Shown here: positions 35,743 to 47,136 of the stretch, in pieces
Layout: every line of letters begins with the position of its first letter
Numbering within the stretch: position 1 is the first letter of the stretch
Assembly: GCF_044704955.1 (NCBI RefSeq)
Contig: NC_091984.1
Location: 53,382,001-53,446,000 of the forward strand
Direction: 5' to 3'
Source of the DNA: Pristiophorus japonicus
Lineage: Eukaryota
DNA length: 64,000 bases
Made by a program: the position numbers and the translations under genes
Notes under the pieces: model-generated
The model's input: only the letters and a program-made list of their open reading frames with translations
The model's database searches: none
Told to the model about the DNA's origin: nothing

Positions 35743-37109
35743 AGGCTTGGGGGAGAGTGATGTCATGTATCCTACATGGGTACTGCTTGTACTATTACAA
35801 GGTGTGCCACCAGAGGGCACCGCAATTGGAGACTTGTAGGCTACCTGTACAGGTGTGCCAGGCCTAGTATAAATGACAAGCCACCAGGTGTGATCCTCAC
35901 TCTGGAGTTGTCAATAAAGGACTACGGTCACTACAGTTTAAGTACAACACATTGCCTCGGAGAGTCATTATCAGAGCATCTAAAGATATAACAGAGGGCA
36001 GTGTAGTGGAAACAGAAGGTCTCTCATTCATTTATGATCTCCGGAAAGGGGAAAAAAAACTTATTGCTAGAGCCTTCTGGGATTTAATATGCATAAACAT
36101 CTTTACTTTCAGTGTGGATTTTTTTTTAGTTTATTCTGCATATAGATGCAAAAAAAACCCTCAATGTCGCAACTACTTTCTCTGAACTTTTCATGGACAA
36201 TAAATAATTTCCATGATTAAAATCCTAAAATGCTTCCATTTCTGGCCTCAAGTTATTAAAATTACTAGAATTTGTCAGGAGGTATCCCCTTGTACTGTGC
36301 AAACAGGCACTCTGCCTGTTTGCATTAGCCAAAACATTTTCAGGCTTAATTGCTGGGCAGTTAGTGAGTAATTAGCCCAACTCTGCGCCAGCAATTAGAA
36401 TTTCCCATCAGCACGGATCATCTGTTAAGTCGGAACTTGACGGATCGCAGGTTCAGAATTTAGCGCTTTCGAACTTGCGGTCCATTTTAAAGGTGGCATG
36501 TCGGCGTACTCTCCAAATACGCCATCATACTCATCGCAAATTCTGGCGCATTACATTTTTAAAGTTGCAGCTCCAATTTGGTGCTGCCCAAAATGCAAGG
36601 TTTCCTTTGCCGCATAGTGGTGAGCTTCAGTGAAATTGATGCATCCTCTCTCTAAGTTCAGTAGCCTTTAGAAAGGTGCTGTACTACTCATTCCCTGCCC
36701 ACTAGTTGATAGACCATCCTGTTCCCACGCACCTGGGAAATGTGCTGGGAGTGCATTTAAATTATGCAAATTAAGTGACCCTGCGGAATTCAATGAGTAT
36801 CCATTCCAGCTGCATGGGATTGCAGAGAGCACAGCCACTTCTCCCCATGAACAGGCAATCAGTCCTCTAATTTAATATCTGGATATGAAGCTACACTTTA
36901 GATGCGGAACAAGGGAATACAAGCTAATAGGAAAGCTCAGCAGTTCAAACATTTGAACATTGACTCTCTCAAATACTTGGTGATTTGATGTCTGAGTGCT
37001 GAGTGCTACTGCAGCATGGCTTTCTCACTTTGGTATGTTTTGTACCCATTCTCAACCAGGTTGCTGGATGGAATGCCATATGAAAATGTTGCAAAATCCC
37101 TTTGGGCGA

Positions 37110-38872
37110 AATGGGGAACAAAGAAATGGCAGACCAATTGAACAAATACTTTGTCTGTCTTCACGAAGGAAGACACAAATAACCTTCCGGAAGTACTCGG
37201 AGACCGAGGGTCGAGTGAGAAGAAGGAACTGAAGGATATTCTTATTAGGCGGGAAATTGTGTTAGGGAAATTGATGGGATTGAAGGCTGATAAATCCCCA
37301 GGACCTGATAGTCTGCATCCCAGAGTACTTAAGGAAGTGGCCCTAGAAATAGTGGATGCATTGGTGATCATTTTCCAACAGTCTATCGACTCTGGATCAG
37401 TTCCTATTGACTGGAGGGTAGCTAATGTAACACCACTTTTTAAAAAGGGAGGGAGAGAGAAAGTGGGTAATTATAGACCGGTTAGCCTGACATCAGTAGT
37501 GGGGAAAATGTTGGAATCAGTTATTAAGGATGAAATAGCAGCGCATTTGGAAAGCAGTGACAGGATCGGTCCAAGTCACCATGGATTTATGAAGGGGAAA
37601 TCATGCTTGACAAATCTTACGGAATTTTTTGAGGATGTAACTAGTAGAGTGGACAAGGGAGAACCAGTGGATGTGGTGTATTTGGACTTTCAAAAGGCTT
37701 TTGACAAGGTCCCACACAAGAGATTGGTGTGCAAAATCAAAGCACATGGTATTGGGGGTAATATACTGACGTGGATAGAGAACTGGTTGGCAGACAGGAA
37801 GCAGAGAGTCGGGCTAAATGGGTCCTTTTCAGAATGGCAGGCAGTGACTAGTGCAGTGCCGCAGGGCTCAGTGCTGGGACCCCAGCTATTTACAATATAC
37901 ATCAATGATTTGGATGAAGGAATTGAGTGTAATGTCTCCAAGTTTGTAGATGACACTAAACTGGGTGGCGGTGTGAGCTGTGAGGGGGACGCCAAGAGGC
38001 TGCAGGGTGACTTGGACAGGTTAGATGAGTGGGCAAATGCATGGCAGATGCAGTATGATGTGGATAAATGTGAGGTTATCCACTTTGGGGGCAAAAATGC
38101 GAAGACAGAATATTATCTGAGTGGCGGCAGATTAGGAAAAGGGGAGGTGCAACGAGATCTGGGTGTCATGGTTCATCAGTCATTGAAAGTTGGCATACAG
38201 GTACAGCAGGCGGTGAAGAAGGCAAATGGTATGTTGTCCTTCATAGCTAGGGGATTTGAGTATAGGAGCAGGGAGGTCTTACTGCAGTTGTACAGGGCCT
38301 TGGTGAGGCCTCACCTGGAATATTGTGTTCAGTTTTGGTCTCCTAATCTGAGGAAGGATGTTCTTGCTATTGAGGGAGTGCAGCGAAGGTTCACCAGACT
38401 GATTCCCAGGATGGCTGGACTGACACATGAGGAGAGACTGGATCAACTGGGCCTTTATACATTGGAGTTTAAAAGGATGAGAGGGGATCTCATAGAAACA
38501 TATAAGATTCTGACGGGACGGGACAGGTTAGATGCGGGTAGAATGTTCCCGATGTTGGGGAAATCCAGAACCAGGGGACACAATCTTAGGATAAGGGGCA
38601 GGCCATTTAGGACTGAGATGAGGAGAAACTTCTTCACTCAGAGAGTTGTTAACCTGTGGAATTCCCTGCCGCAGAGAGTTGTTGATGCCAGTTCATTGGA
38701 TATATTCAAGAGGGAGTTAGATATGGCCCTTATGGCTAAGGGGATCAAGGGGTATGGAGAGAAAGCAGGAAAGGGGTACTGAGGGAATGATCAGCCATGA
38801 TCTTATTGAATGGTGGAGCAGGCTCGAAGGGCCGAATGGCCTACTCCTGCACCTATTTTCTTTGTTTCTATG
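37110..38872 (+). mobile_element. CR1 LINE, 5'-truncated, with uninterrupted RT frame
   Basis: Contains ORF 37151-38782; tail CCTACTCCTGCACCTATTTTCTTTGTTTCTATG. Confidence 0.96.
37151..38782 (+). CDS. CR1 ORF2 reverse transcriptase (no endonuclease, no native start), 543 aa
   Basis: KSPGPD, NYRPVSLTS, HGFMKGKSC, YLDFQKAFDKV, VPQGSVLGP, KFVDDTK, LVRPHLEYC. Confidence 0.85.
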   Translation: MSVFTKEDTNNLPEVLGDRGSSEKKELKDILIRREIVLGKLMGLKADKSPGPDSLHPRVLKEVALEIVDALVIIFQQSIDSGSVPIDWRVANVTPLFKKGGREKVGNYRPVSLTSVVGKMLESVIKDEIAAHLESSDRIGPSHHGFMKGKSCLTNLTEFFEDVTSRVDKGEPVDVVYLDFQKAFDKVPHKRLVCKIKAHGIGGNILTWIENWLADRKQRVGLNGSFSEWQAVTSAVPQGSVLGPQLFTIYINDLDEGIECNVSKFVDDTKLGGGVSCEGDAKRLQGDLDRLDEWANAWQMQYDVDKCEVIHFGGKNAKTEYYLSGGRLGKGEVQRDLGVMVHQSLKVGIQVQQAVKKANGMLSFIARGFEYRSREVLLQLYRALVRPHLEYCVQFWSPNLRKDVLAIEGVQRRFTRLIPRMAGLTHEERLDQLGLYTLEFKRMRGDLIETYKILTGRDRLDAGRMFPMLGKSRTRGHNLRIRGRPFRTEMRRNFFTQRVVNLWNSLPQRVVDASSLDIFKRELDMALMAKGIKGYGEKAGKGY

Positions 38873-38878
38873 TCTATC

Positions 38879-38975
38879 CTGTTTCTCTCTCCACAGATGC
38901 TGCCTGAGCACCTGAGTTTTTCCAACATTTTCTGTTTATGTTTCAGATTTCCAGCATCTGCAATATTTTGCCTTT
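38879..38975 (+). mobile_element. Penelope-like terminal repeat fragment
   Basis: CTGTTTCTCTCTCCACAGATGCTGCCTGA..TTCAGATTTCCAGCATCTGCAATATTTTGC, homologous to 61532-61626. Confidence 0.65.
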
Positions 38976-39919
38976 CCTTTGTAATCCTTCTTGATTCATG
39001 TTTCCTAATTATTAATAGTTGTTGTAATAAGGCCTGCGATCCCAGATGGTTCTGGGTATGGTATCCAGAGAAAGGACATGTAATAATGCCAGAAGAGTGC
39101 AACTACTGCAAAACACATCATCTTATCTTGGGGAGATTGGTGCTTACTGCTTTCAGCTATTTGAAGTGGGAAAGGGTTAATGATGTGTTAAATGCAATCA
39201 ATGTCTGTACTTTAAAGACTTGTGTCATGGCTTTTGTAATGGGTCCTGACAATTGTGCTGAATGTCATAGGCATTTGTGTGTGTCTGCAAAATGTCCACA
39301 TTCATTTAACAATCTTCAGTGTTAGGGCATCACAGTTTCCCAGTTAAATTTAAGTGGCCTCACCTCAATCAGATCAATAATCCTGGCACTTCCTCTAAAA
39401 CTATGGGAAATATTTTATTTTAAAAATCAATTGCTTAAAATGTTTGAGTATGCATGAGTACGTATTTGACCTTGAACATTGAGTGATTTTTGTTCGGAGG
39501 TTTGGAGAATGATTGAGCCATCTCTCTGGATGAAGAATGCGATAGAAATGTAAGTGTTAAATTATTTGTATAACAAATATTCATGTACGGGAGCATATCA
39601 GCAGCCATGGGCAATATTTCTGATGATGTGAAAGAGTAATAACTTCAGTATTTTCTGACATTATAACACTGCTTTAGACTTTATAATGCAAATAAAGAAT
39701 TCGGTCTTCTTTCCCACTACCCTGGATTAGCTCTCTTGTGGTATTTTGATTCTCAGCAGTATTCTCTTCCATTAGTTTCTCCAAGGCTGCATAAAGGCTC
39801 AGGGATCAGACAGAGAGTTGGCTTTTCGTCTTCTTGCCATTCACTATCTATAATAAAAGCCCTAGTCACATGATTTCAAATACCGGATCCTTTGTGCTTT
39901 GTCTGTTTGATTGTATTCA

Positions 39920-40280
39920 AGCCAAGGGTGGGCAGAGGAAACGTTACAAGGACACCCTCAAAGCCTCCCTGATAAAGTGCAACATCCCCACTGACACCCG
40001 GGAGACCCTGGCCGAAGATCGCCCTAAGTGGAGGAAGTGCATCCGGGAGGGCACTGAGCACCTCGAGTCTCATCGCCGAGAGCATGCAGAAATCAAGCGC
40101 AGGCAGTGGAAAGAGCGTGCGGCAAACCAATCCCACCCACCTCTTCCCTCAACAACTATCTGTCCCACCTGTGACCGGGACTGTGATTCTTGTATTGGAC
40201 TGTTCAGCCACCGAAGAACTCATTTTTAGAGTGAAAGCAAGTCTCGCTCGATTCCAAGGGACTGCCTATGATGATGATGA
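39920..40280 (+). mobile_element. RTE LINE 3' fragment with TSD
   Basis: GGQRKRYKDTLK..CPTCDRDCDSCIGLFSHRRTHF; (GAT)n tail; TSD TGTATTCA (39912-19, 40281-88). Confidence 0.93.
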
Positions 40281-40454
40281 TGTATTCAGGTCCAACAGGC
40301 CTCAGATTGATGATGGGTGGGCATCCCACCACCCAAAACCCACTGCCAGTTAAAATTCCATTTACATTCAGTAGTTTCTTATGGGCTTTGAAAAACCAAG
40401 ATTTACATTTAGCAGTTCCAGAACGTTGAAGTGTGAAGGACGACACAAGAGTTA

Positions 40455-41086
40455 GGAGTCGAAATTCAGTCCCGCCGTTTTTGAGGTGATGTGACTTCCT
40501 GAGTGCTGATTTTACCGCCAGGCGTTCGGTGCCGGCTCCAACTGCCAAATTCAGTTTTTAGCCCCAAATATGAGAGAGCAGGGCTAAAAAGTGGCATTGC
40601 ACACTCATCCTCGGGCAGGAGCTCAGGAGGCCCACTGAATTTTGTATCAGGAGGCTGCCGCCATGTAAAAAACGGGAAGAAAAAAAAATCTCAAACTTCT
40701 CTGACCCACACACAAACTTCCCCACTGTTAAAATCTAATGAAAAAATGAAGAAATAAATAAAGAAAAAACTTTCCTTGCTCTCTGGTCGATTCCACCCGA
40801 GTTCTGCTGTTTAACCACCACTTTTATCAAGCTGTACGGCTGCCTGCCGGTACGCCAGTCGTACAAGGCAAATATTGCGATCGAGGCGTCAAAGAGGTGT
40901 TGCACGATGGATGACGTCGCCACGTGGGTGGCGTTAGCCGGCACAGAATTGGCTCGTGGCGCCTCTGCCAAAGAGTCGACTTAATTTCAGCCGGGGCTTG
41001 GACGCCGCTTACCCTCGAAGGTAGGCCTTTGCTGTCAGTTAGCCGCTTCCTTCGCCCGGTGGAGGTATAAACTGAACTTCGACCCA
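40455..41086. mobile_element. Harbinger MITE
   Basis: TTA TSD on both sides; TIR GGAGTCGAAATTCAGT vs TGGGTCGAAGTTCAGT (13/16 identical). Confidence 0.82.
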
Positions 41087-41259
41087 TTACACTTTGGTTT
41101 GTTAGTTTGACCAATTCCATGGAGACTAACATGCAATTGTTTTGTTGAAAGATCTACCTGGATATTACTGAGGGTGCAATGGGGATCAGGTCCATTGTAC
41201 AATAATAGCAAGATTTTACACATAGTCTACTGAAACATATCCTCCATCTGTTTACCTAG

Positions 41260-41795
41260 GAATACAGACAAGTTACAACACGGAAGCTGGTCATTCAACC
41301 CAACCAGTCTGTGACAGCATTTACCCTCCATAGGAGCAAATCAAATTTATCCACCCTGTTTCCATACCCTTGCGACCTTTTTTTCTTTCATCTACCTATT
41401 TAATCTAATTTAATCTAATCTAATCTTGGATGTTGACATCGTTTCTGCCTTAACCACGAACCCAGGAAATGAATTTCACAGCCTTATAACACAATGTGAA
41501 GAGATTTCTCCTCCCTTAAGTTTTAAATCTCATACATTTAATCTTGTATTTATGGCTCCTCATTCTTGACCCCTCAACTACTGGAAACAGTCTGCTTCTA
41601 TTTACTCTTCCCATCTATTCATTATTTTAAACACCTCTATTATACTGCCCCGTAATCTGTGTACTAATGAAAAAAGACCCAATTTTTCGTGTTTGTATGC
41701 CTTATAACAGGCAGCATCCCAGTGTATCTTTGTTGGACACTCTCTCGCCTCAATATCCTTCCTATAAAGTGGAGCCCAATACTTCACACACAACC
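41260..41795 (-). mobile_element. Old CR1 3' fragment
   Basis: CVKYWAPLYRKDI..KLGLFSLVHRLRGSIIEVFKIM. Confidence 0.8.
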
Positions 41796-44700
41796 TAATC
41801 CACCCTCCTTACAGGAGATGGGGGTCACAGAACCTTACATCGAGGAAAAAAATCTATTGATCCAACAGGGAAATAATATCTAATTAGGTTCAGCTATCCT
41901 GCTGTCTGTTACTTTATTTCCCCCATTGAATGTTGTCTTATGCCTCATCTTGTACTGCATATCCTTGCTGACCAGCTAGTCGTCTTTTCCCCAGCTACTT
42001 GATTGCTACATTAATATTAAAAATGTCAAAATCATCAGCTATTGCTTTAGGTTAGAGTGAACCAGTGTAACATTTGAATACCTCTGCCAAGTGACGCTGA
42101 TACATGCTCCGTACAATTTAATTTGCACTTCAGGGAGATCAACGTTTTACAGTGATACCACTGAAAGCCCTATGCAATTCAAACATGAATTTAGTTCCCA
42201 TTTTAAAATACTGAAAATTGCATCTAACTTTTATTGTTTCACTTTTAATATCTATTCTTTTTATGGTGTTGATCATAACTCATTTGTGATTTCACTGCTT
42301 GTGTGCAGATGAACTCTGGTATATAAACTACATCCTGCAGGTTCTCAATGTATATATTCTATATTTACATATTCATGTCTATATCTTAATAACATTTTTG
42401 GTATTTTTGTTGCTTTTTCTTTGCTTCTGTGTACATGTCCAACTATTTTTAGTAATTATAATTAATAACAAATCATCAAATACTGATTAGACCTGTATTT
42501 GTACAGCATTTGCCTCCCTCGATGGAGTCCGCTTAGTAGTATTATTCAAAAAAAATTACTCATGCACCAGCAGCTAAAAATATATCTCATTGAAGATAAC
42601 TTTGCATATGCGAACCAGGAATCGATTCTGATTTTATTGTCGTGTCCTATAGCTGAATGTTGGTTGCTAATGATCATAGAATGTCAGTGACAATCTCAGT
42701 CTGTGACTTTTCATCAGCCTTGCTTGCCACCACTTACTGCCCACTGCACAGAGAGAGCCAGCTGCAGTCAAGAGGCAGTAATTTAGGTGTTTAAGCCGAG
42801 CTGACAGCCTTTATGTCATGGTGGGTGACAGTGCATATTTGACACGGTACAGCTGTATATTGTGCAAGGTGAAGAATGTGATGCCATTTATCTTATTTTC
42901 ATACATTTCTTAGGCACGGTTGCTCTATTCATGTGCGTGGGGGGAGGGTTCTCCCTTTGCTTAGTGAGAAAGGAAGGATTGAAGCATCCCTGTAGGCCAA
43001 TTGCCTATGACTTTTTTTATTTTATATTCATAGTATAGGAAAAGAAAATAACAAGAGACACCCTGTACGAATTAGTTATGCTAACAGGTCACTGCATAAT
43101 TAGTATGTGTTTAAAATATGCTTCAGTCATTGTTTTAACTATAAGATGCTTTTTGTAAATGCAAAGTAATATTATGCAGTGGTTTTAAATCCCTTCTCTC
43201 TGATTATTACATTTATATATATATATATCTGCACAGAATGTCTCCAGGTCAGTATTATCTTGCATTTAGATTTTCAATGCAATGCTATTTTATGTTTCCG
43301 TGCCATTACTAACATCTTCTTCGATATCCATATGGGCCACAAATGCTGAATTAGCAGTGAATTCACTAGCCTCTTGCATGGGTCAAAAGCTGCGGGTCAC
43401 TGTACTTTGTCATGTGCTACAGACCTATGTATTTGGATAACATCTGTGACATACAAACTTGTATAGAATTGTTCTTCTCATCCGTTTCAATTAATTGTTA
43501 AAATTCTGAATTTTTCTTGCATAAATGTGCTACATTTTTCTTCATTAGATCAACATTTTGTTCCTCGCACTTGGTAATTTTTGGGGATCAGATAAATATT
43601 CTTTCATCAGGTGCCACAGAAAGACCTTTCTTTATTTGTGTGTTGGAAGTTGAATGTAAACCACATATTTTTAGTTGCTCCCCTGCAGGATTTATTCTCC
43701 CACTTTCCACATTTCTACAATGAATTTACTCAGAGCTATGCATAGTCCCACACCCATTTTTATGAGAATACCTTTGACCTGTGTGTAGGTTAAAGATTAG
43801 GATAGTATTTTAAATGTATTCCTGTCACTTTCATATGCGCTAATATTTAGTAAATGCACATCCAATCTGCCATTATGAGAAAATATAGGTCAGGTGATAA
43901 GTCTATAATCAGTTGTAAAACATAAGGCTGATGTGCCCTATCTATCCCATCAGATAATTTTTCCTGACCTCAATGCACTTTTGAATTCAGCCAGTTCAGA
44001 GCATATGTCTACAGAGACCAGGTAAGTTATTTCATCCTGCCCTGTGCCCTTGATGCACTCTTATTATTCACTAGAGCAGTCCTGATAGGTTGGGAGGGGA
44101 GAGGAAAACATCTGCCCAGATACACTACATAATAAACTCTGCCTGTTTATGTTGTGAATCTCCATTATTCGAATCTTATTTAGGCTGTGCTTGTGTCCTT
44201 AATCATTATAAACCATTATCACAGCTGATCGCCTGCTGTGTTAGCCCCGCAGCTTTCTAAGAGGGATGCACTCTGGTCCCTGAAGGTTAGCAATATAAGC
44301 CACTGTTGTTTTTGGTAAAAGTTGCCAATCTTTTTTCATAATGGAAAAACCTAATTTGTTGAGAGAAGGTAAAAGTGTGAATCATTCTTTTTATTATGTT
44401 ATACTTCTGTCCATATAATTATATGATATAATTACCCTCATAATCCAGAAGCTATTTCTCAGCTGTTTCATATTGTGATTGTTGGTCACCAAAGTTTAGA
44501 AATTGCAATTGGTGCAGTAATCGGAGGTTCATTATGGCTTGCTAAAGATTTCGGGGGAGATTTTTACTTGTCTGTTGCCCTCCAATATTGCTTTCATTCC
44601 AATTGTAAACTGTACAATTTCACGCCTGTGCAGCGACAGAGCGTTGGGATCATCATCATGCAGAACTCTTAAAGGACTTAAGCAGGCATTTAAGCCCCAA

Positions 44701-45117
44701 CATTTGCAAACAGGAGATTGGACGGAAGATTTTCTGAAACTTTCTCTCTATAATGGAGGTTGCCAACTAATTTGCATGCTTGGGAGCAGATTACTGATCA
44801 CATCTGCTGTATGAAGGACTCATCAGACCCAAATACATTAGAAAAAAGATGATTGACCTAAAAAACGAGCTATACTAAGTCTAGTGTTTTTAATGAAAAA
44901 TGTGTGCCCTAAGTAGCCAAGCCCAATAGTGTACTCTCATAATCCATTTTGTGCAGTGCCACCCTAAGCATGAAAGGAAGCTTATCCTATGCAGTCCTCC
45001 CATGAGAGAATCAGTCCACTGAACACTTGCCATGTATGGCCATATCACAGCACAAGAGAAATGCAACAGCAACTTATAGATTAAACTATAATCACACAGA
45101 AAAATGTTGATACAGTT

Positions 45118-45629
45118 GGTGGAAATTTTCAACCTGTGCTCAAAACATGCGCGAAGTGTGCAGATCATCCGCAGTAGTTACCTAAAGCATTGTCATGAGG
45201 CCCAAACCATTTTCAAGTTTGGTCCTCATTTGAATTCAGCCAATCAATTGTGAATGCCAAATGGGTGCTCTGGTGTAGCAGTCTGGTTTTGAAAGGCTAG
45301 CCAGAAGGTCAGGCTAATTGAGGTCAGGGGAGCCGATTCCAGGAGATGGGGAAGGCAAGAATGGACTGGAAGATTTCTGTGTCCATGCTGGCTTTAACAA
45401 TAACATCCAGACACTTACCTTTTCGTGAGCAGCCTTTAAGTTAGGCTGCTCAATGCCTGGCACGACTGGACCTAGCGTGAACGGTACATGTTATGCCCAT
45501 TTGTACATGAAAATTGCAATTGGGGTCTTAACAGCAGAAATGGTGTATCCGAGGTGGCCACATGAATTTCATCTGCTGGTCGTCTGTTTTACAGTCAAGA
45601 ACTCGGCAGTTGCCGGTTGAAAATCGCCC
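45118..45629. mobile_element. Old Harbinger-type MITE
   Basis: Ends GGTGGAAATTTTCAACC and GGTTGAAAATCGCCC share inverted ATTTTCAACC. Confidence 0.5.
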
Positions 45630-45794
45630 AGAGTAAGTCTTATGAGCTAACAGTTACAGGATGTATGTTCAGTTCACATCAGACTGGATGGGTTATAGGA
45701 TGGGCAGTTGTACGTTGCGATCGGTGCTATTTAAACTAGCAACATCTCAATACTAGTTATTTGCTTGCAAGACAAGATAGCAAATAATAAAAGG

Positions 45795-46285
45795 AGAAAG
45801 AAAGAATTGCATTTATATCACGCCTTGCACAACCCCAGGATGTTAAAGTACTTCTGAAGTGTAGTTATTGTTGTATCATAGGAAATGCGGCAGCCAATTT
45901 GTGCATTGCAAGGTCCCACAAACATGAAGCCCCACTCCAGAGATTTGAGCACATAAGCTAGGCCCGACACTTCAGTGCAGCACTAAGGGTATGCTGCATT
46001 ATTGGAGGTGCCATCTATCGTATGAGATGTTATACTGGTGCCTGTTTGCCTTCTCAGATGGATGTAAAAGATCCCATGGCAGTATAGGAAGAAGAGCAGA
46101 GGACTTCTAGCAGTGTTTTGACCCACATTTCTCTCTCAACTAACATCACAAAAACAGATTATTGTTATTATTTCAGTGCTGTTTATGGGATCTTGCTGTG
46201 CATAGATTTTGCTACCGCATTTCCTACATCAAAAGTACCTTATTGGCTGTAAAGTGTTTGGACATCCTGAGGTTGTGAAGGACTC
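45795..46285. mobile_element. Two fused DeuSINE (SacSINE1-like) fragments in opposite orientation (- 45795-45924; + 45925-46285)
   Basis: Minus-strand 3' tail joined directly to a plus-strand copy starting at the B-box region (CCCACTCCAGAGATTTGAGCAC). Confidence 0.8.
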
Positions 46286-47136
46286 GTCCAACCAACACCA
46301 TTAAAACAAATTAAGTGAAGTGAAAATAAATGAAAATAAAACAGCCAGTCATTTTTCCCGTTAAGTACCCGGCGTCACTCAATTTATTTTCATTAAACTG
46401 CAGTCCTGTCATTTATCCTCTATATACTACCCATTCATTGTCAGATTCTCCCATTATCCTCTTTTTAATACATTTTGAACAAGTATGTACAGTGTGTTGT
46501 TCTCTTTTCTTACCACTTGAGGCTAAGCACCATGAACAGACACATTTGTGAGGAGGCTTTCCACGCCTTTAATTATGGTTATTATTTAAGAATGATCATG
46601 AACTGTTGAGCAGTTTGAGACAACTAGGCTCTTAATGGCATATGCAAATTGCATTATAGCTGATCTAAAGTAATTTTTCTTGTAGTCTAATTTAGTTCAC
46701 AGATTTTGAGTACTATATTTGTATAACGTATGTCTATTTGTCTTTTGACATGGTTCAGCTCCCTGCATCTTAAGGCAGATGGATAAAAATAATTACCAGT
46801 TTACAACTAGTGGAAGCATTCCCTTTTAAATGAGCAATTTAATTGAAATGTTTTTTGCTCTGTGCAAAGCAAATGAATTATTTCAGTGTATTTGCAGCAC
46901 AATTTTGTTTTTCATCTTCAGTGGATGTTGATGAGATTACTGATGAAAAATCTTCTACCACCTAGTCTAAATTCCATCAGCAGTAATAAAAAAAAGTTTA
47001 TATTTTTACTTAAATGCCAAATGGAAGCTTACAAATTTTGCTACTCTTGTACACTGCAGAAGGATAGCGAAACATGCTACTCAAAAGATATTTGAAGTGT
47101 CCGACATGCTAAGCCACAAGACCACTCCATTTACAC

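Larger units (their letters stand above)
32702..35993 (+). mobile_element. Non-autonomous Gypsy-derived LTR element: Gag + protease + unknown extension, no RT/RH/IN
   Basis: 5-bp TSD GAGGG (32697-701, 35994-98); LTRs 32702-32928 and 35761-35993; PBS TGGCGACGAG (32931; complementary to the tRNA-Ser(GCU) 3' end); PPT TTGGGGGAGAGTGA. Confidence 0.93.

Noticed and set aside
37151-38782. Domesticated reverse transcriptase gene
   Set aside because: Near-identical to neighbouring CR1 copies, 5'-truncated, no ATG start; a young insertion explains the open frame.
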